Counted from the first letter of the stretch, positions 1-11,651 are shown. The stretch is 40,424 nt of DNA from Catajapyx aquilonaris (GCA_000934665.2 JYFJ02003531.1:1-40424), one strand, 5' to 3'. Notes: a model not told the origin generated them from the letters alone. Numbers and translations: made by a program.

Positions 1-1347
1 GGCCAAATCTCTCTCTCTTAGGGCCCGTTTAAACCCATTCCGGCCAAGGAAGCTAATGACGCAAAATTGGGTTGCAATAAAGCTAACCTCAATTACCGCC
101 ACCTTTAGCATGTGTCAACACCTGTGTATACCTGTGATGAAGTGGCCAAAGGGTTCATTGGTATTCCGGACTACACCTTCGACCTTTTTACCTGGATCAC
201 GACTGGAGAAAACGTGTGGAAAGAAGCGCCATATTATAAAATTTGCACCGACATATCCTGTCCTACAGGTATTTTTTTGTTGACTTAATGTCTTATTTTT
301 GCCAATTACTGGAAACAATCCGTTGCTCGTCAGCTTGTCAAAATTGATCGTCCTTATCACACCTGCAAAAAAAAAATGGTTTGGCAGGCAAATTTTTAGA
401 TTCCCATTAGTGTTGGGGTCTTCACGCTTGTCCTTTGAGTTGACCAGTTTCACAAGGTGAGAATAAACAGTTGTGACTGGTTTCTTGCCACATGTATCTC
501 AGAGGAACCTACACACCAATCTGTCGTGTGCAGATGCCAAATTGAAACACCAGGACTCGATAGTGTTAAACTATGATATTACCTGTGAGTAGGTCAGGCT
601 ATGTGATGATGTCAAAAGTCATTTTGAAGAAAAAAAATTTCAAACGACTGTCCAGATCAGTACGTATAAAACAAATCCCATTGTTGATCCCACATTATCT
701 CTAACACGACCCATCGTGGCAGACCAAATCCTGGGTATGGTCGAAGGCCATCCGATCTAATTCATGGACTCGATCCCGATCTTTGCTGCTTGGTCAACTC
801 CAGGGAGAGTCGATTAATTCAATCGAATCTCTCCCCTGACTGCGTTTACAAGTTTACACCAGCTATAATTGGAGTTGGTAGACCGGTAATTCTGGCAGTC
901 CACTGCTTGATTTCCATGCAAGGATCGAATTGCTTGTTCAGTCTTGTAGTGTATAGAGTTACCTCTTTTTTTATCTACACAGATTCTTTTCTTGCAGCCC
1001 AACTTTACCACCTCCACTCCTTTGCATAAATCTTCTCTTTCTGTACGTCCCTTGCCTTCTTAAGATGTCTCAGTCGGATTGGAATTTCCAGCTTCCATAT
1101 CCCCTGAATAAATCAGTTACTCTCAGACTTATTGAAAACTAGATATTGGATTCAGTTTTTTGATTATTTTTTTGGTGGGGGCGGGGGGGGCTGACCATGC
1201 ATGGTGTGAATTACTATTCTTTGAAAGGAATGCAGTTGTGCAGAATGATCCACATTTTGGTGTATATTGAGTACAATGCTGGACATTAATTTCGTCATAC
1301 TGCTAGTGACATTTTCCAATGTGGAAGACGTGCAAATTGAAGTGACA

Positions 1348-1470
1348 GAGCCGTGCGAGTCAGAAATGGTAGGCCTTGGGTGACGTCACTGGCTGGAGGA
1401 CAAGCCTTTTCTCCATTGTCCCCCAGCCGGTGACGTCACTTAGGCCTACCTCTTCTTACTCGCACGGCTC
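1348..1470. mobile_element. Palindromic MITE-like element carrying two TGACGTCA motifs
   Basis: Left arm GAGCCGTGCGAGTCAGAAATGGTAGGCCTTGGGTGACGTCACTGGCTGGAGGACAA matches the reverse complement of the right arm GAGCCGTGCGAGTAAGAAGAGGTAGGCCTAAGTGACGTCACCGGCTGGGGGACAA, with a short spacer. Confidence 0.7.
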
Positions 1471-3078
1471 ACTGCGGTTTGCACTGCGATGTCGCAAGCA
1501 GTAGGACCCGATTAATGTCCAACACTGTACATATCCTATTATTGTCTCTACGAAGAAGCCTCGACCAGCGGCCAGCGTCGCTACTAAACCAGAGAGATCA
1601 TTGTCGTTAAAGTTGTAGTTGCAGTGATCAGCATTGATAAGAACACTCATAAAAGTACCTCCCCCTAGATAATTCCAGGACCCACTGAGCGAAAATACAG
1701 TCCTGGGACACTCTTTACGACGATATCTTTTTTTTTTTTCAGAAAGGGGGGAGTTACCCTCACCCTTCATTCCTCCCCCGCTTTCCCCCTCTTCTGTAGA
1801 TATCAGTCCCAAAGAGAGTTTGGAAAGCACTTCTGCGGCTTGCCATAAAATCTGTCTTATCTACTCCATTTGCACACGAGGGCTCGTCTGTTATTTTTTT
1901 TATTACGAGTATTCCTTCCCACTAATTAAACGGCTGGGTGCCGAACAGTAGCCCTTACTTTAAAAAAAAACTGATTGCCCACCCACCCATTCCCTAAAAA
2001 TTCTCTACATATCCCGCGGAGATAACCACTGATGACATTCCTTCTGGTAGTAACCTCAAGTAATCTGGTCATCTGTACACTTGATCAATTTCTAACTTAA
2101 TTTATGCTTGCTGACTTAGTACTCCATGCACGCGACTGGGTGTGTGCTTTAAAAATGGTGTTCAGGATAGCACGGTCATATATTTGTAGGATATGCCATG
2201 TAGGTGTCGCTAACTTTAAAAGTTTTTTAAACATCAGATAAATCATGGAGGGAAGGAAATTGAAAATGTATGCTTAACTTTTTTTGCTATTTGATATTCA
2301 AAAAAATGTGTTTTTATGTCCTAACACTAACCGACTAAATATTTTATCAGTCGTTAATTCCTAACCGTGCAGAAATTAGTCACTGTCTAGTTACACCACC
2401 ATAAATCATCCCGATTTCAAGTAATCCCGGTTTTCTACTAGAAGGGTGGACACATCTTTTTATTCACACTACGCCCGCATTTTTATTAACAAATCTTTCT
2501 AAAGTCCAGTCCAGATAATAGTAACTTGACGGCTCCATTATCTTACTGATCCGATCATTAAATAAACTCTCTAGTTTAAAAACAACAACTCGGGAGTCAT
2601 TTCCTCGACCCAAGATTTGGGTTTAGTGCAAGGCTGGGATGTGACATTACTTTGTTGAAGAGGATAAGTGTCTCTGTGGGTATACTCATGGCCGGTCATT
2701 TGGACCATTTTAATAGCCAGCTGATCGACGCGTTATCGAGGACATTATTAACCCTGGAGCCCCGACTAAGTGTGTCGACCTGGTCTCAAATGACCCCTTC
2801 GTCTGACGCGACGCTAGATTAGTTTACAGTGTCTGCAGGTTTGGTATTCAAGCAGACGCATGCTGTCGCATACATTATTTTCTGCATAGTTTAAGGGACA
2901 CTTGACATTTTTAATGGCTAAGGCGGCTGGAGCCTTGTTATCCAGGGCGGGTTTGGCTAATTTGCGCAATTTGGGTTGAATCCGGATGAGTTTTAATGGA
3001 TCTGTTGATGCTTGGACTGGCTCGACCGTTTCACGACTCTCTACAAAAGAACCGGTGGTCCACACCCAGATATTTAGA

Positions 3079-3176
3079 GTGCAGCCATCTAGTGGTGCAG
3101 CCATCTAGTGATGCAGCCATCTAGTGGTGCAGCCATCTAGTGGGTGCTGCCATCTAGTGGGTGCAGCCAGCTAGTG
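3079..3176. repeat. Minisatellite, 6 x 16-17 bp unit GTGCAGCCATCTAGTG(G)
   Basis: Units start at 3079, 3095, 3111, 3127, 3144 and 3161, with single substitutions in three of them. Confidence 0.95.
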
Positions 3177-4446
3177 TTTATCGGTTGTGTCCACATTGAA
3201 TTTGGCTAATTCAAACCAGAACCTAGTTTTCTTTCTGGGACCACTTTAAATAGAGTTGTTGAATCTAGGCAGTGGGACTCTGTACAGCGTCTGCCTCAAA
3301 TAGAGCCATTTATTTCAACGAATTGGTTTCTTCCGGAGCTATTCCCAGTCTTCGAATTGCTCCAAGTGCTTGAATACCAGTAGTAAATTCCTTCCACACC
3401 AACTAAACCTCGCCTGTTTTGCGGATTAAAGGGACCTGGCGGGCTTATCCTGTGCGGGAGAATAAAGTCGAGGACAAAAGTCCCAGCAAGAATTTGCATT
3501 GAGTATATTCGGAGGCCTCGGCTACTGGTGTGGTAACTCCGCAATGGCCATTGCCCGGAGGAAACTTGCTCCACTTTACATCTCTTAGCAGAGGCAAAAT
3601 CAGACTCAGGAATTTTTTTCCATGGAATAAATTGTAGTTTGAGCAAAATATCTGGTTCTTCTGCCCTCAGGAAAAAGTCATAAACGGTTTATTTCGATTT
3701 TTAGTTGGAGACTTTTTGGCGTAATTCGCTGAGATAAACGTCATGTACACCTTCTATAAAACAGCATTTTTGCTACCGAGTGTGAATTTCCCACGAGTAT
3801 GACATCACAATCAGCACACTCCTGGAATACCTAACTGGTATTTTTCACTTACGTTTTCATTTGAGAGGTGTACCGTACAGGGGTAGACAAGAGAAAATGC
3901 CTGATCCTGGTTGGCGCCGACCTTGTCAGCGAAGAGTTACGAGGACCTGAAGCACAAGTTGCAATTCATGCTCCCCGCTTTTCCCTTCCTACCCAGCACC
4001 CTCCCTACCTCCCACTTCTTCTGACAACATAAGTCTAACAGCACCCCCACCTTACACCAGCGGCTTTAACTAATTGCCACCGCCAAGGCTAATGAACCGC
4101 CATGCTTTTAAAGCGCGCCACAAAAATGTTATGGAGAAGTCTCCTAGCTGGATAGCAAGAAGGAAATAAAAGTTTTCTTAGAGCATTGTGTGTTGGAGGC
4201 GCCTGGAGAAAGTAATCTGCTTTGTAGAGAGGAAGCCATCTATTTGCTTTTGGGCTCAGTCATCAGGCAGATGGCGGCTGCTTCGGACCCCTTTTGTCCT
4301 ATGGATATGAGTGAGAAGGGGAGGCGAGGCTAATTGCAATTAAAATTGTTCAGACTTACTTTCACACCATGCAATTTGTCTACATGTGAAGTCGAAATAA
4401 TGAAAGTGTCCTTACAAAGTCACGCTGATTTTCGACTTTTTTGTGA

Positions 4447-4474
4447 CCCCCCCCCCNCCCCCCCCCCCCCCCCC
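4447..4474. repeat. Poly-C tract containing an ambiguous base (N at 4457)
   Basis: Run of C read directly; the N indicates the length is uncertain in the assembly. Confidence 0.95.
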
Positions 4475-4569
4475 GCTATCCATGTCACGAGCAGTCACGT
4501 TGGCCCGATCCATCCTCCAAAAGGTCTCCCCCAATTCTCTGGCCCATTGTATTGCATTTTAAAAATTTC

Positions 4570-4950
4570 ATTTATTTAGTTATTCATTCATTTTTAGTTA
4601 TTTAGTTATTCATTCATTTATTTAGTTATTTAGTTATTCGTTCATTTATTTAGTTATTTAGTTATTCATTCATTTATTTAGTTATTTAGTTATTCATTCA
4701 TTTATTTAGTTATTTAGTTATTCATTCATTTATTTAGTTATTTATTTATTTACTTAGTTATTTAGTTATTTAGTTATTTACTTAGTTATTTAGTTATTTA
4801 GTTATTTATTTATTTACTTAGTTATTTAGTTATTTAGTTATTTACTTAGTTATTTACTTAGTTATTTAGTTATTTACTTAGTTATTTACTTAGTTATTTA
4901 GTTATTTAGTTATTTACTTAGTTATTTAGTTATTTATTCAGTTAGTTAGT
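4570..4950. repeat. Compound AT-rich satellite (TTATTTAG / TTATTCATTCAT / TTATTTACTTAG units)
   Basis: An approximately 28-bp unit TTTATTTAGTTATTTAGTTATTCATTCA is repeated to about 4740, then 8- and 12-bp units continue to 4950. Confidence 0.95.
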
Positions 4951-4957
4951 CCTCCCT

Positions 4958-5093
4958 CCCACCGGAGGCGCTGCATTCCCCCATTGCGCAGGCGCAGAAA
5001 GGGATCCAATCGGAAGCGTCGCGCATACAATATAATGTACGACGGGCTAATCAGAAGCCTCGGTCGTACAATGAATGATTTTAATAATATATA
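4958..5093 (+). repeat. Dispersed repeat family, copy A (possibly the 3' part of a non-autonomous Helitron/Helentron)
   Basis: CCCACCGGAGGCGCTGCATTCCCCCATTGCGCAGGCGCAGAAAGGGATCCAATCGGAAGCGTCGCG... aligns with 8111-8155 (+) and 18842-18975 (-). Confidence 0.75.
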
Positions 5094-5659
5094 ATTATTT
5101 ATTCAATTATGGACTTTTCAATACCGGTAGTCCAATAGCGGCCAGGTTCTCCAACCATGTATTAGTGCTGACTGAATATGGCGCTTAAACTACAGTTAGC
5201 TATTAACTGTCGGTTAAAAGGTTGCACAAACTGTACGGGGGGGTTGTATCTTGGTAGTCGGATGATGATAATGTAGTGGTTGGAGTGCCGCCCTGCTGGG
5301 CCTTAATTAGTGGTTGTTTCGTTAATCCCGGAGCAGTATTGAAGCTGGGAGTGGGAAGGGCCAAAGAGGCGATTTGTCTTCTTCATTCTCACCTCGACCA
5401 ACTTGCTCGTGTGAGTTACACGTAATTTCAGGTGTTTTATCCACGCCTCTCTATTCATGCTAAACTGCTTTTTTTTAACGTAGCGTGACGCAATGATCTC
5501 CGCCCTTTTCGGTTCATAAGGGAGTTAACGTGGGTCATGCGGTGTTATGCATTTTTAGGTGTATGACTGTAATTGAGGGTGTTATTGCGTCAGATTGAGG
5601 CGATTGTGTCAGGGAAATTGCGATCGTGCAGGCTCCTGATTTTATCTTCTCTAGATGTA

Positions 5660-5854
5660 CAGGGTGATTCACAGCCCAGGTTTCTAGCCTAGGTGGATAA
5701 TTTGCGAATTGTTGACTTCAGCAAATAGTTTGAAAACCTTTTACATATTGGAACAACGATTTACTTGTTACTGCTGGATGTTGAGTGAACAATCAGTGAT
5801 TACTGCCTCAAACTGCTTTTGAGCCTCTGGATGCTTGAACAGTGTACCGCCCTG
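5660..5854. mobile_element. Possible Tc1/mariner-type MITE
   Basis: TA|CAGGGTGATTCACAG at the left; the right end reads TA|CAGGGCGGTACACTG in reverse complement (13/17 identical including TA). TA flanks and CAGGG termini are typical of Tc1/mariner MITEs. Confidence 0.45.
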
Positions 5855-6814
5855 TACTTTCTGAATTTTTTGCTGCATGAAAGGCATGTAACAGCTACGA
5901 GTTAATTCAGATTTAATAGCATAATTCAGCCTCACTTTTCTCACAGTTAGAAGCACTTTTGCACTATACTCGTAGAACGATGGACAACAAAAAAAATCAT
6001 CAATTTACACTTATTTACTTAGGTATACATACCTATTTAATCATACGAAACGCTGTCCACTGTTCGACATGTCCGAAAGACAAATGATCCCCTTACTTCC
6101 CGTTGTACTTCATTATCCATTCAGTCGTATAACCAGTGGCTCTCTATGTACACCGCCAGATATCTCTTCTTAGGATCCCAAATGACTTCACCTCCCACTT
6201 CCTTTAGAGCCCTCACCGGCAACTGTAAAATGAAGTTATCAAAATGGATGCATTACCCTCGGTTGTCAATGCCATGATAAATGGCATGTGTGACTGATAG
6301 AGGGCCCTCCTGAGTCGCTCCTAGATGTTAACGCCACCTGTCACCCGGTATCACTCATCAAGAAAGAGGTTTATTACATCTACCCTCCTTGGCATGACGC
6401 AATGTTATTTTCCTCTGAGTGACTCTTGAACTGCCCATAAAAGTCGTTCAGAATGATATAATATCATTTAATATTCTTTGGATCCAGATGTCCATGGAAG
6501 ACTTTGCACGGACTGGATAGTGTCCTGTTGTGCCAGCGACACGCAGAGACTAAGATTCACGACACAACCCCGCTGTTCAAATTTTTTTGTCAACCTGAGC
6601 CAATGTCCAAGTAACAGGTTCTGGTGAATCCCGCTTCATTCACTACTGGTACATTGAGTCGCAATGTAGACAATTCATTCCGGAGGGCTTGGTTTATTGT
6701 TGGTGTAAAATAATGCAAGGGGTGTCACACTTTCTGTCTATTATGAACAGTTGTGTTGTCAAATTTGATATGTGGACAGGACTTTCTGTTGTCAGGACCA
6801 ACCCTTGACCTGAC

Positions 6815-6859
6815 CCCAGGCTAGCTCGCAGGGGTGGGTTGGCCCCACGTTGGGCGCCA
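6815..6859 (+). pseudogene. Internally deleted tRNA-Lys(CUU)-derived sequence ending in CCA
   Basis: CCCAGGCTAGCTC resembles the tRNA-Lys(CUU) 5' end GCCCGGCTAGCTC. CAGGGGTGGGTTGGCCCCACGTTGGGCGCCA resembles its 3' part CAGGGTCGTGGGTTCGAGCCCCACGTTGGGCG-CCA, and the last 18 nt are exact. The D and anticodon arms are missing, so it is not a functional tRNA. Confidence 0.6.
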
Positions 6860-6889
6860 AATGTGACATTTGGCGCCCAACGTGGGGCC
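6841..6889. repeat. Perfect 49-bp palindrome (24-bp arms, 1-nt centre) containing a tRNA-Lys primer-binding site TGGCGCCCAACGTGGGGC at 6871-6888
   Basis: GGCCCCACGTTGGGCGCCAAATGT-G-ACATTTGGCGCCCAACGTGGGGCC read directly. Confidence 0.95.
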
Positions 6890-7942
6890 CGACACTATTT
6901 AAAATTTTTGCCAATTTATAAGCTCGAAATTGATACTTTATAGGTTTTGTCAACAATACTGCACACTCGGTAGCCTAATCGCTAAACGACCATCTGAAAA
7001 TGAAAAAATGTCGCCCCATACCTAAAACGTGACGGTGCAACGCGTCGAGTCATTTTGTCCACAATCCACGGTGCCAAACACTTCTGCAGATGAAATACGT
7101 CGCTCCCATAAATCCTCATTTACGATTCGAATCGTATTTATGCACCGAAAACCCGGTGCCTTCCACTGCTGGAACTGTTTTTCCTCTTCTAGCTATATAC
7201 ACCTTCCAACTGGAAGATAGGTCCGATGGGACTTCCAACCAGATTTACGGGGCATCTTCAGTCCTCTGTGAATCTATGGTAGTAGCATGAATCAGCAAGC
7301 TTGACTCTTTTTTTTCTTTTATGTATAAAAAGGCGTGTCCCTAGTTTACGACCAGAGTCGTGCCAGGTATGGTCAGCATCCCCCTCAATTTAGTGCAGAC
7401 CATTTCATTTGGGATCCAAACCGTGGTCATCGCCATTTCCTTTTTTTTTTAAGGGGGACCATTCAGGGAATGACTTGAGATTTTTGGGATGATTACTATG
7501 GCAATTTCCTTGTTCTTATCACAACCAACGGTTAATAAAAATGGTCATTACTTTTTGGACACTGCGTTTTTTGGAGGAGCAAAGAACAACCTTCGTGCAT
7601 TCCATCCGCGACCTTGCCCACTTATGCATACATTAATTTCCTATTCCAAGCACACCACCCATCAGGTCTGACAAGGTTTATTGCACGGAGGAAGAACAAA
7701 AAAAAGGTGAGTTCCTCCACTCTCTGATGGGATCAATCCGGAATTACATTTGTGGTATCTGGTCTCTATCACATGCCATGAAGTGGTACCATTTTTGGGC
7801 AGGAACCTTCAGAAATTATGGTGAGAAAGGTTCACTTTGTTTTAAGAAAGAAAATGTGTATAACTTAGCCATTTTAGAATACCCGTTGATTGTGCCAGGC
7901 AGTCACTATAGTAGGCCTATATAAATATAGGGTATAATGTAG

Positions 7943-8101
7943 ATCGGGTCAGCACCATATGCCAACATCGGCCCAACATCGGATGACAACGTCGGCCCGA
8001 CGTGACAAAAAGTTAACCGTTTTACATTGGCCCGCCATCGCTCCCCAACATTGGCCCGGTGTCATTCGCCGACATCGGGCCGACGAAGTGTGCTACCTGG
8101 G
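7943..8101. mobile_element. One end of a non-autonomous DNA transposon with a CCCAG terminus (CMC/EnSpm-like) and subterminal repeats
   Basis: Ends TGTGCTACCTGGG|TA (8101), preceded by multiple ACATCGGCCC / ACATTGGCCC / ACGTCGGCCC motifs. The matching opposite terminus was not found. Confidence 0.5.
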
Positions 8102-8110
8102 TAGTTTCAT

Positions 8111-8155
8111 CCACCAGAGGCGCTGCCTTCCCCATTGCTCAGGCGCAGAACGGGC
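8111..8155 (+). repeat. Dispersed repeat family, copy B (truncated)
   Basis: CCACCAGAGGCGCTGCCTTCCCCATTGCTCAGGCGCAGAACGGGC, similar to 4959-5003 and to the reverse complement of 18928-18974. Confidence 0.75.
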
Positions 8156-8252
8156 TCGGTCATATAGTCTAAACTTGTAGGCTACCTTAATTTTGTTGAA
8201 GGAGCATATTTTAACAATGTTAAGTAGAGCCATTTAAACCATAATTATGTAT

Positions 8253-8835
8253 GGTGTTCCATATTTTGCAGGCCTGGTGCTATCCTCAGAGTCTCACTGT
8301 CCACAAAATGGATGTAGCTTTCTTATCAAAGATTCATCTCTCATTCCGTTTTTTAAAGGCCCTGTGGCGCTATCTGTCCTCCGTTGGGGGTCTTTTGTCC
8401 AGTAGTAAAGCGTGCTCTAGACTATCGTTCCAGACACATTAGTATACTGGGGGAACAGCAATTTTCTGTAATGTTCCATGTACAATCAGTGTCCTCTTAG
8501 TGACACAGAATTAACCTGGTGGTGTCCTGAACATGACTCATAACCCAATTCTCTGGACAACATGTCCTCCATTTTTCGTCCCCCCTATTTCCCTCGACCT
8601 CTGGCAACATTCTTACCGTCGACACGACGCATACGCAATTTATGTTCCCAATTTTCTTCCGCTCTTTTGAGGCTGGAAGGCTCCATAGCTGGCTGGTCTG
8701 GCTTGTGGAGGGAAGACTCGTGTCCTCTCCATTCTCATTCAAATATTTCTTTCCTCGTGCAGGATACGAGGCCTGAGAATGATCCGGATTCAAGCCAGCC
8801 GCCATTCAAATTCGGGACAAAATGACCCCCCCCAC
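8253..8835 (-). pseudogene. Decayed piggyBac-like transposase fragment
   Basis: Minus-strand translation with stops and frameshifts gives ...SILMCLER*SRAR/YYWTKDPQRRT...RDESLIR/SYIHFVDSET..., recalling the piggyBac/PGBD pattern ILMG...YWS.DP...MSR.RF..I...LHF.DN. A GGGACAAAATGACCCCCC motif at 8816-8833 resembles subterminal motifs of piggyBac-type elements. Recognised by eye only. Confidence 0.45.
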
Positions 8836-11651
8836 ATGCGATTGATTTCGGAGGCTCAGTTTTATGGCGTGAGTGTGCAAGTTTTGGTAGAGGTTATTCT
8901 GGAGGGGGGAATCCAAAAAAAAAGAGCTTAATTCTACCAAATTTGACAGCCAATGTCAAAAGTTTCGTCAAGAATGGGGCACTTTTATTCGGTTTGTTTC
9001 CTTTGTCGCAAATAGTTGGATCGATGCGTAATGGTTGGTAGTAAGAGGATAAAAAATGTTCATTAGCACGATTATGTGACAAATTTGCAAATTCAGCGAA
9101 TAATTCGCGACAAGAAATATGTACGTGCGTGAAATGTATTCGACGAACACGCTTTACGGGGTCAGGGTAATTTGGCGAATAAAAAATATTTCCGCGAATG
9201 TAGTTTGGCGAAAGTGTTCTTTAGTAACGGGGCAGTAAAAATTCGGAATGTTCAAGACGTAAAAAGGTAGGTTGGAAACGACATTGTCGGACAATCAGTC
9301 GAATCTCATCCATTTCTGTAGGAATTATCTGCTGGTTGGAAAATACATGTTAATTTTTCCATCGTTAAAATGACATTACTGAACCTTACTGAAGTTTATG
9401 TAATTTTTTACATGTAAGTGTCCTGGCGTTTTATTACCGCATCGGAAATGTAGTTCTGAGAATGGTCGTCGTGGCAGCCTCTTCTGAGAGTAGCAACGAC
9501 CCGTTTCCAAGGGACATCTACAGGAGTCTCCAGAAAGGTCTTCATGATCCGGCTTTGTTTGAAAGGGCGCCAAAATTCAGTGGTCGAAACCAGCTTCCAT
9601 CTGGCGGGGGTTCATCGCGATCCTTGGTCTCCCTTATACTCGGTAGATGGCAGTGAACCAGCCTCATTTAACCAGACTTGTTTGGACATGTGAAGAGTTG
9701 TCACACTAATGGACATCATACAGATACAACAATGTAACTGTTCTTAGGTTAACGATTAAGTACACAAATTGATATAGAGGATCAAATTTATATCGATATT
9801 AGCTACCAATTTGATAATTTGCTTAGTCACTTGTAGAGGGGAAAACTATTTTAGAAAACTATTTGTTGAGAGCCATTTTTTCGTGTATGGCCTTACAGTA
9901 TAAGGTAGCAGTAAACACAAACCCCCGGATGGGAGATGAGGTCAGGGATACTGGGAATAGCGTTCAACAAAATTGATGGCACCAGCCAGCTTCCACTTTA
10001 GCTTTGCACGAAAGGGGGCAAAAAAAGTGGATGCAGTTAAATTGTTTCATAGAAATAGTCTACCAGCAATGATCATATTTATTTCCGTAAAATGACGGTC
10101 ATTATTACTACAATCAGCGAGACTCTCATGCGACACTAAAAGTCCGGCTGAGTCACACTCTTTTCGTGACAGTCAATAAAAGTGTTTATGGTCAAGTTGG
10201 TCACGATGTCGAAATGGATGTACTTTTGTATGCTGAAAGGTTTTCTACGATGAAAAGAGGCGCACTTAAAGGCATTCTCATAAAAGCAATTCCACGGGTA
10301 CCCATCGCAAGACCGACGTTAAGAACCGGCATTGCAACTTGTTGGATTTTTTTACTCGTCTACAGGTGCGGACTGTGACCAATATTCACTCAAAAATTTA
10401 GCACTTAAATCTACTCATAACATGAAACTGCAAGGTAGTGTAACTGGACTTTTATGTCCTCCTTTTTTACTACAACATTGCAACTACTGTCAAGTGTAAA
10501 GTGCGTGAGCCCATCAAAGTAACGGTATTGCACAAGTACCTCTAACAATGCAATGAGAAAAAATTTATTTGTGTCAAAAAATAATGAAACAGTTGAAAAT
10601 TTCATTTTAGTTTGAAATTTTGCTGAAAATATTTTACGATACGTTACCCAAAATCACATTTGATAGGATCTATACACCTTGCATTCATAATTCCAAACAC
10701 GTGCCAACGAGCAAGTCGCATGGAAATCACGCTTTTCTTGTGGCCACCCACCTTCACAGTCTGGATGACATGACAGGTAATGAATACCGCGCTTCAGAAA
10801 TTACCCCGAATAATACCTGAATAGTAATCGAGTTTTGCATAATACATCACTGACACTTCCAATAACATTGTGTGCCGCTTGTTGCATAATCGCAAAGCAC
10901 TTTGCCCTATGTTTTTTTTTGAGTAATTTTGAATTGAATTTTGATCACTTTGGTGGATACTAATTAATAATTAAGGGTGATTCTCTATTTTAAAAATTGT
11001 TCAAAAATTGTCATACTTAGTAGCTTTTAGCCAGTGATCAGTAACAAGACGCCTTTTAGCCACAAAAAGGTGGTCATCACCCAGGGCAAAAATGATGTTT
11101 GTGTGAGGCACTTCCCATCCCCTACATTACAGGCCCTAAATTCTCCCGACTTGATGCAATTAGACCCTTTAAATTGCACCCGAAACATTGCAAATGGAGT
11201 TGTCCTCTACACGTATAATTGCCAGGAAAATATCAGAGGTTCAGGTGAGGAAAAACAAGGAAAGGAAAAATCAAGAGGCGAACCAGTTGGCAATAAATAC
11301 AAGACCGGAAAATGGATGATGGGTTACTTAGACCCCCCAGAGAAAAAAAAAAGTCAGAATGTAACTCGTAGTAATTACGCTGTTATTATGCATTGGTATG
11401 ATTGGTAGCTGCAAACGGAGGCGATGGTCCCCCACACGTGACTACACATGTAAAACGAAAGGGTGGGTGGTCTCTTTTGACATACAGCAAGTCATGCGTT
11501 ATTATGGTGTCCTGTTTTTTTATATGCTGGAGATACCTTTGTCGCTCCCTATCGACTACTGATATCTTATGAGCGCCAAGTCGTCATTAGGAAGTTCAGT
11601 TGGCAACACTTCATTTTTTTAATTCCCATTTTTATTCCCATTGTATGTTAC

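Noticed and set aside
3079..3176. Regularly repeated 16-bp unit as a CRISPR array
   Set aside because: The units are contiguous with no unique spacers, there are no cas genes, and the context is eukaryotic.
3296..3646. Minus-strand frames faintly like a retroelement integrase (KFPPGNGH...KFLLG...SRTG)
   Set aside because: Catalytic D,D35E residues cannot be placed and the similarity is too weak to support by eye.
6815..6859. Functional tRNA-Lys gene
   Set aside because: The D arm and anticodon arm are absent and the T-loop/B-box is broken, so no cloverleaf is possible.
7700..7712. Perfect donor AAG|GTGAGT at 7706/7707 as the end of an upstream non-coding exon
   Set aside because: No supporting acceptor or promoter could be tied to it, and isolated consensus donors are expected by chance in 40 kb.
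9060..9215. Cluster of TTCGCG/GGCGAA words suggesting a decayed MITE interior
   Set aside because: No termini or target-site duplication could be defined.
9376..9573. LETGRC...FRCGNKTPGHL resembling the C-terminal region of LINE ORF2
   Set aside because: Only a 5-residue match, and the cysteine spacing is incomplete.
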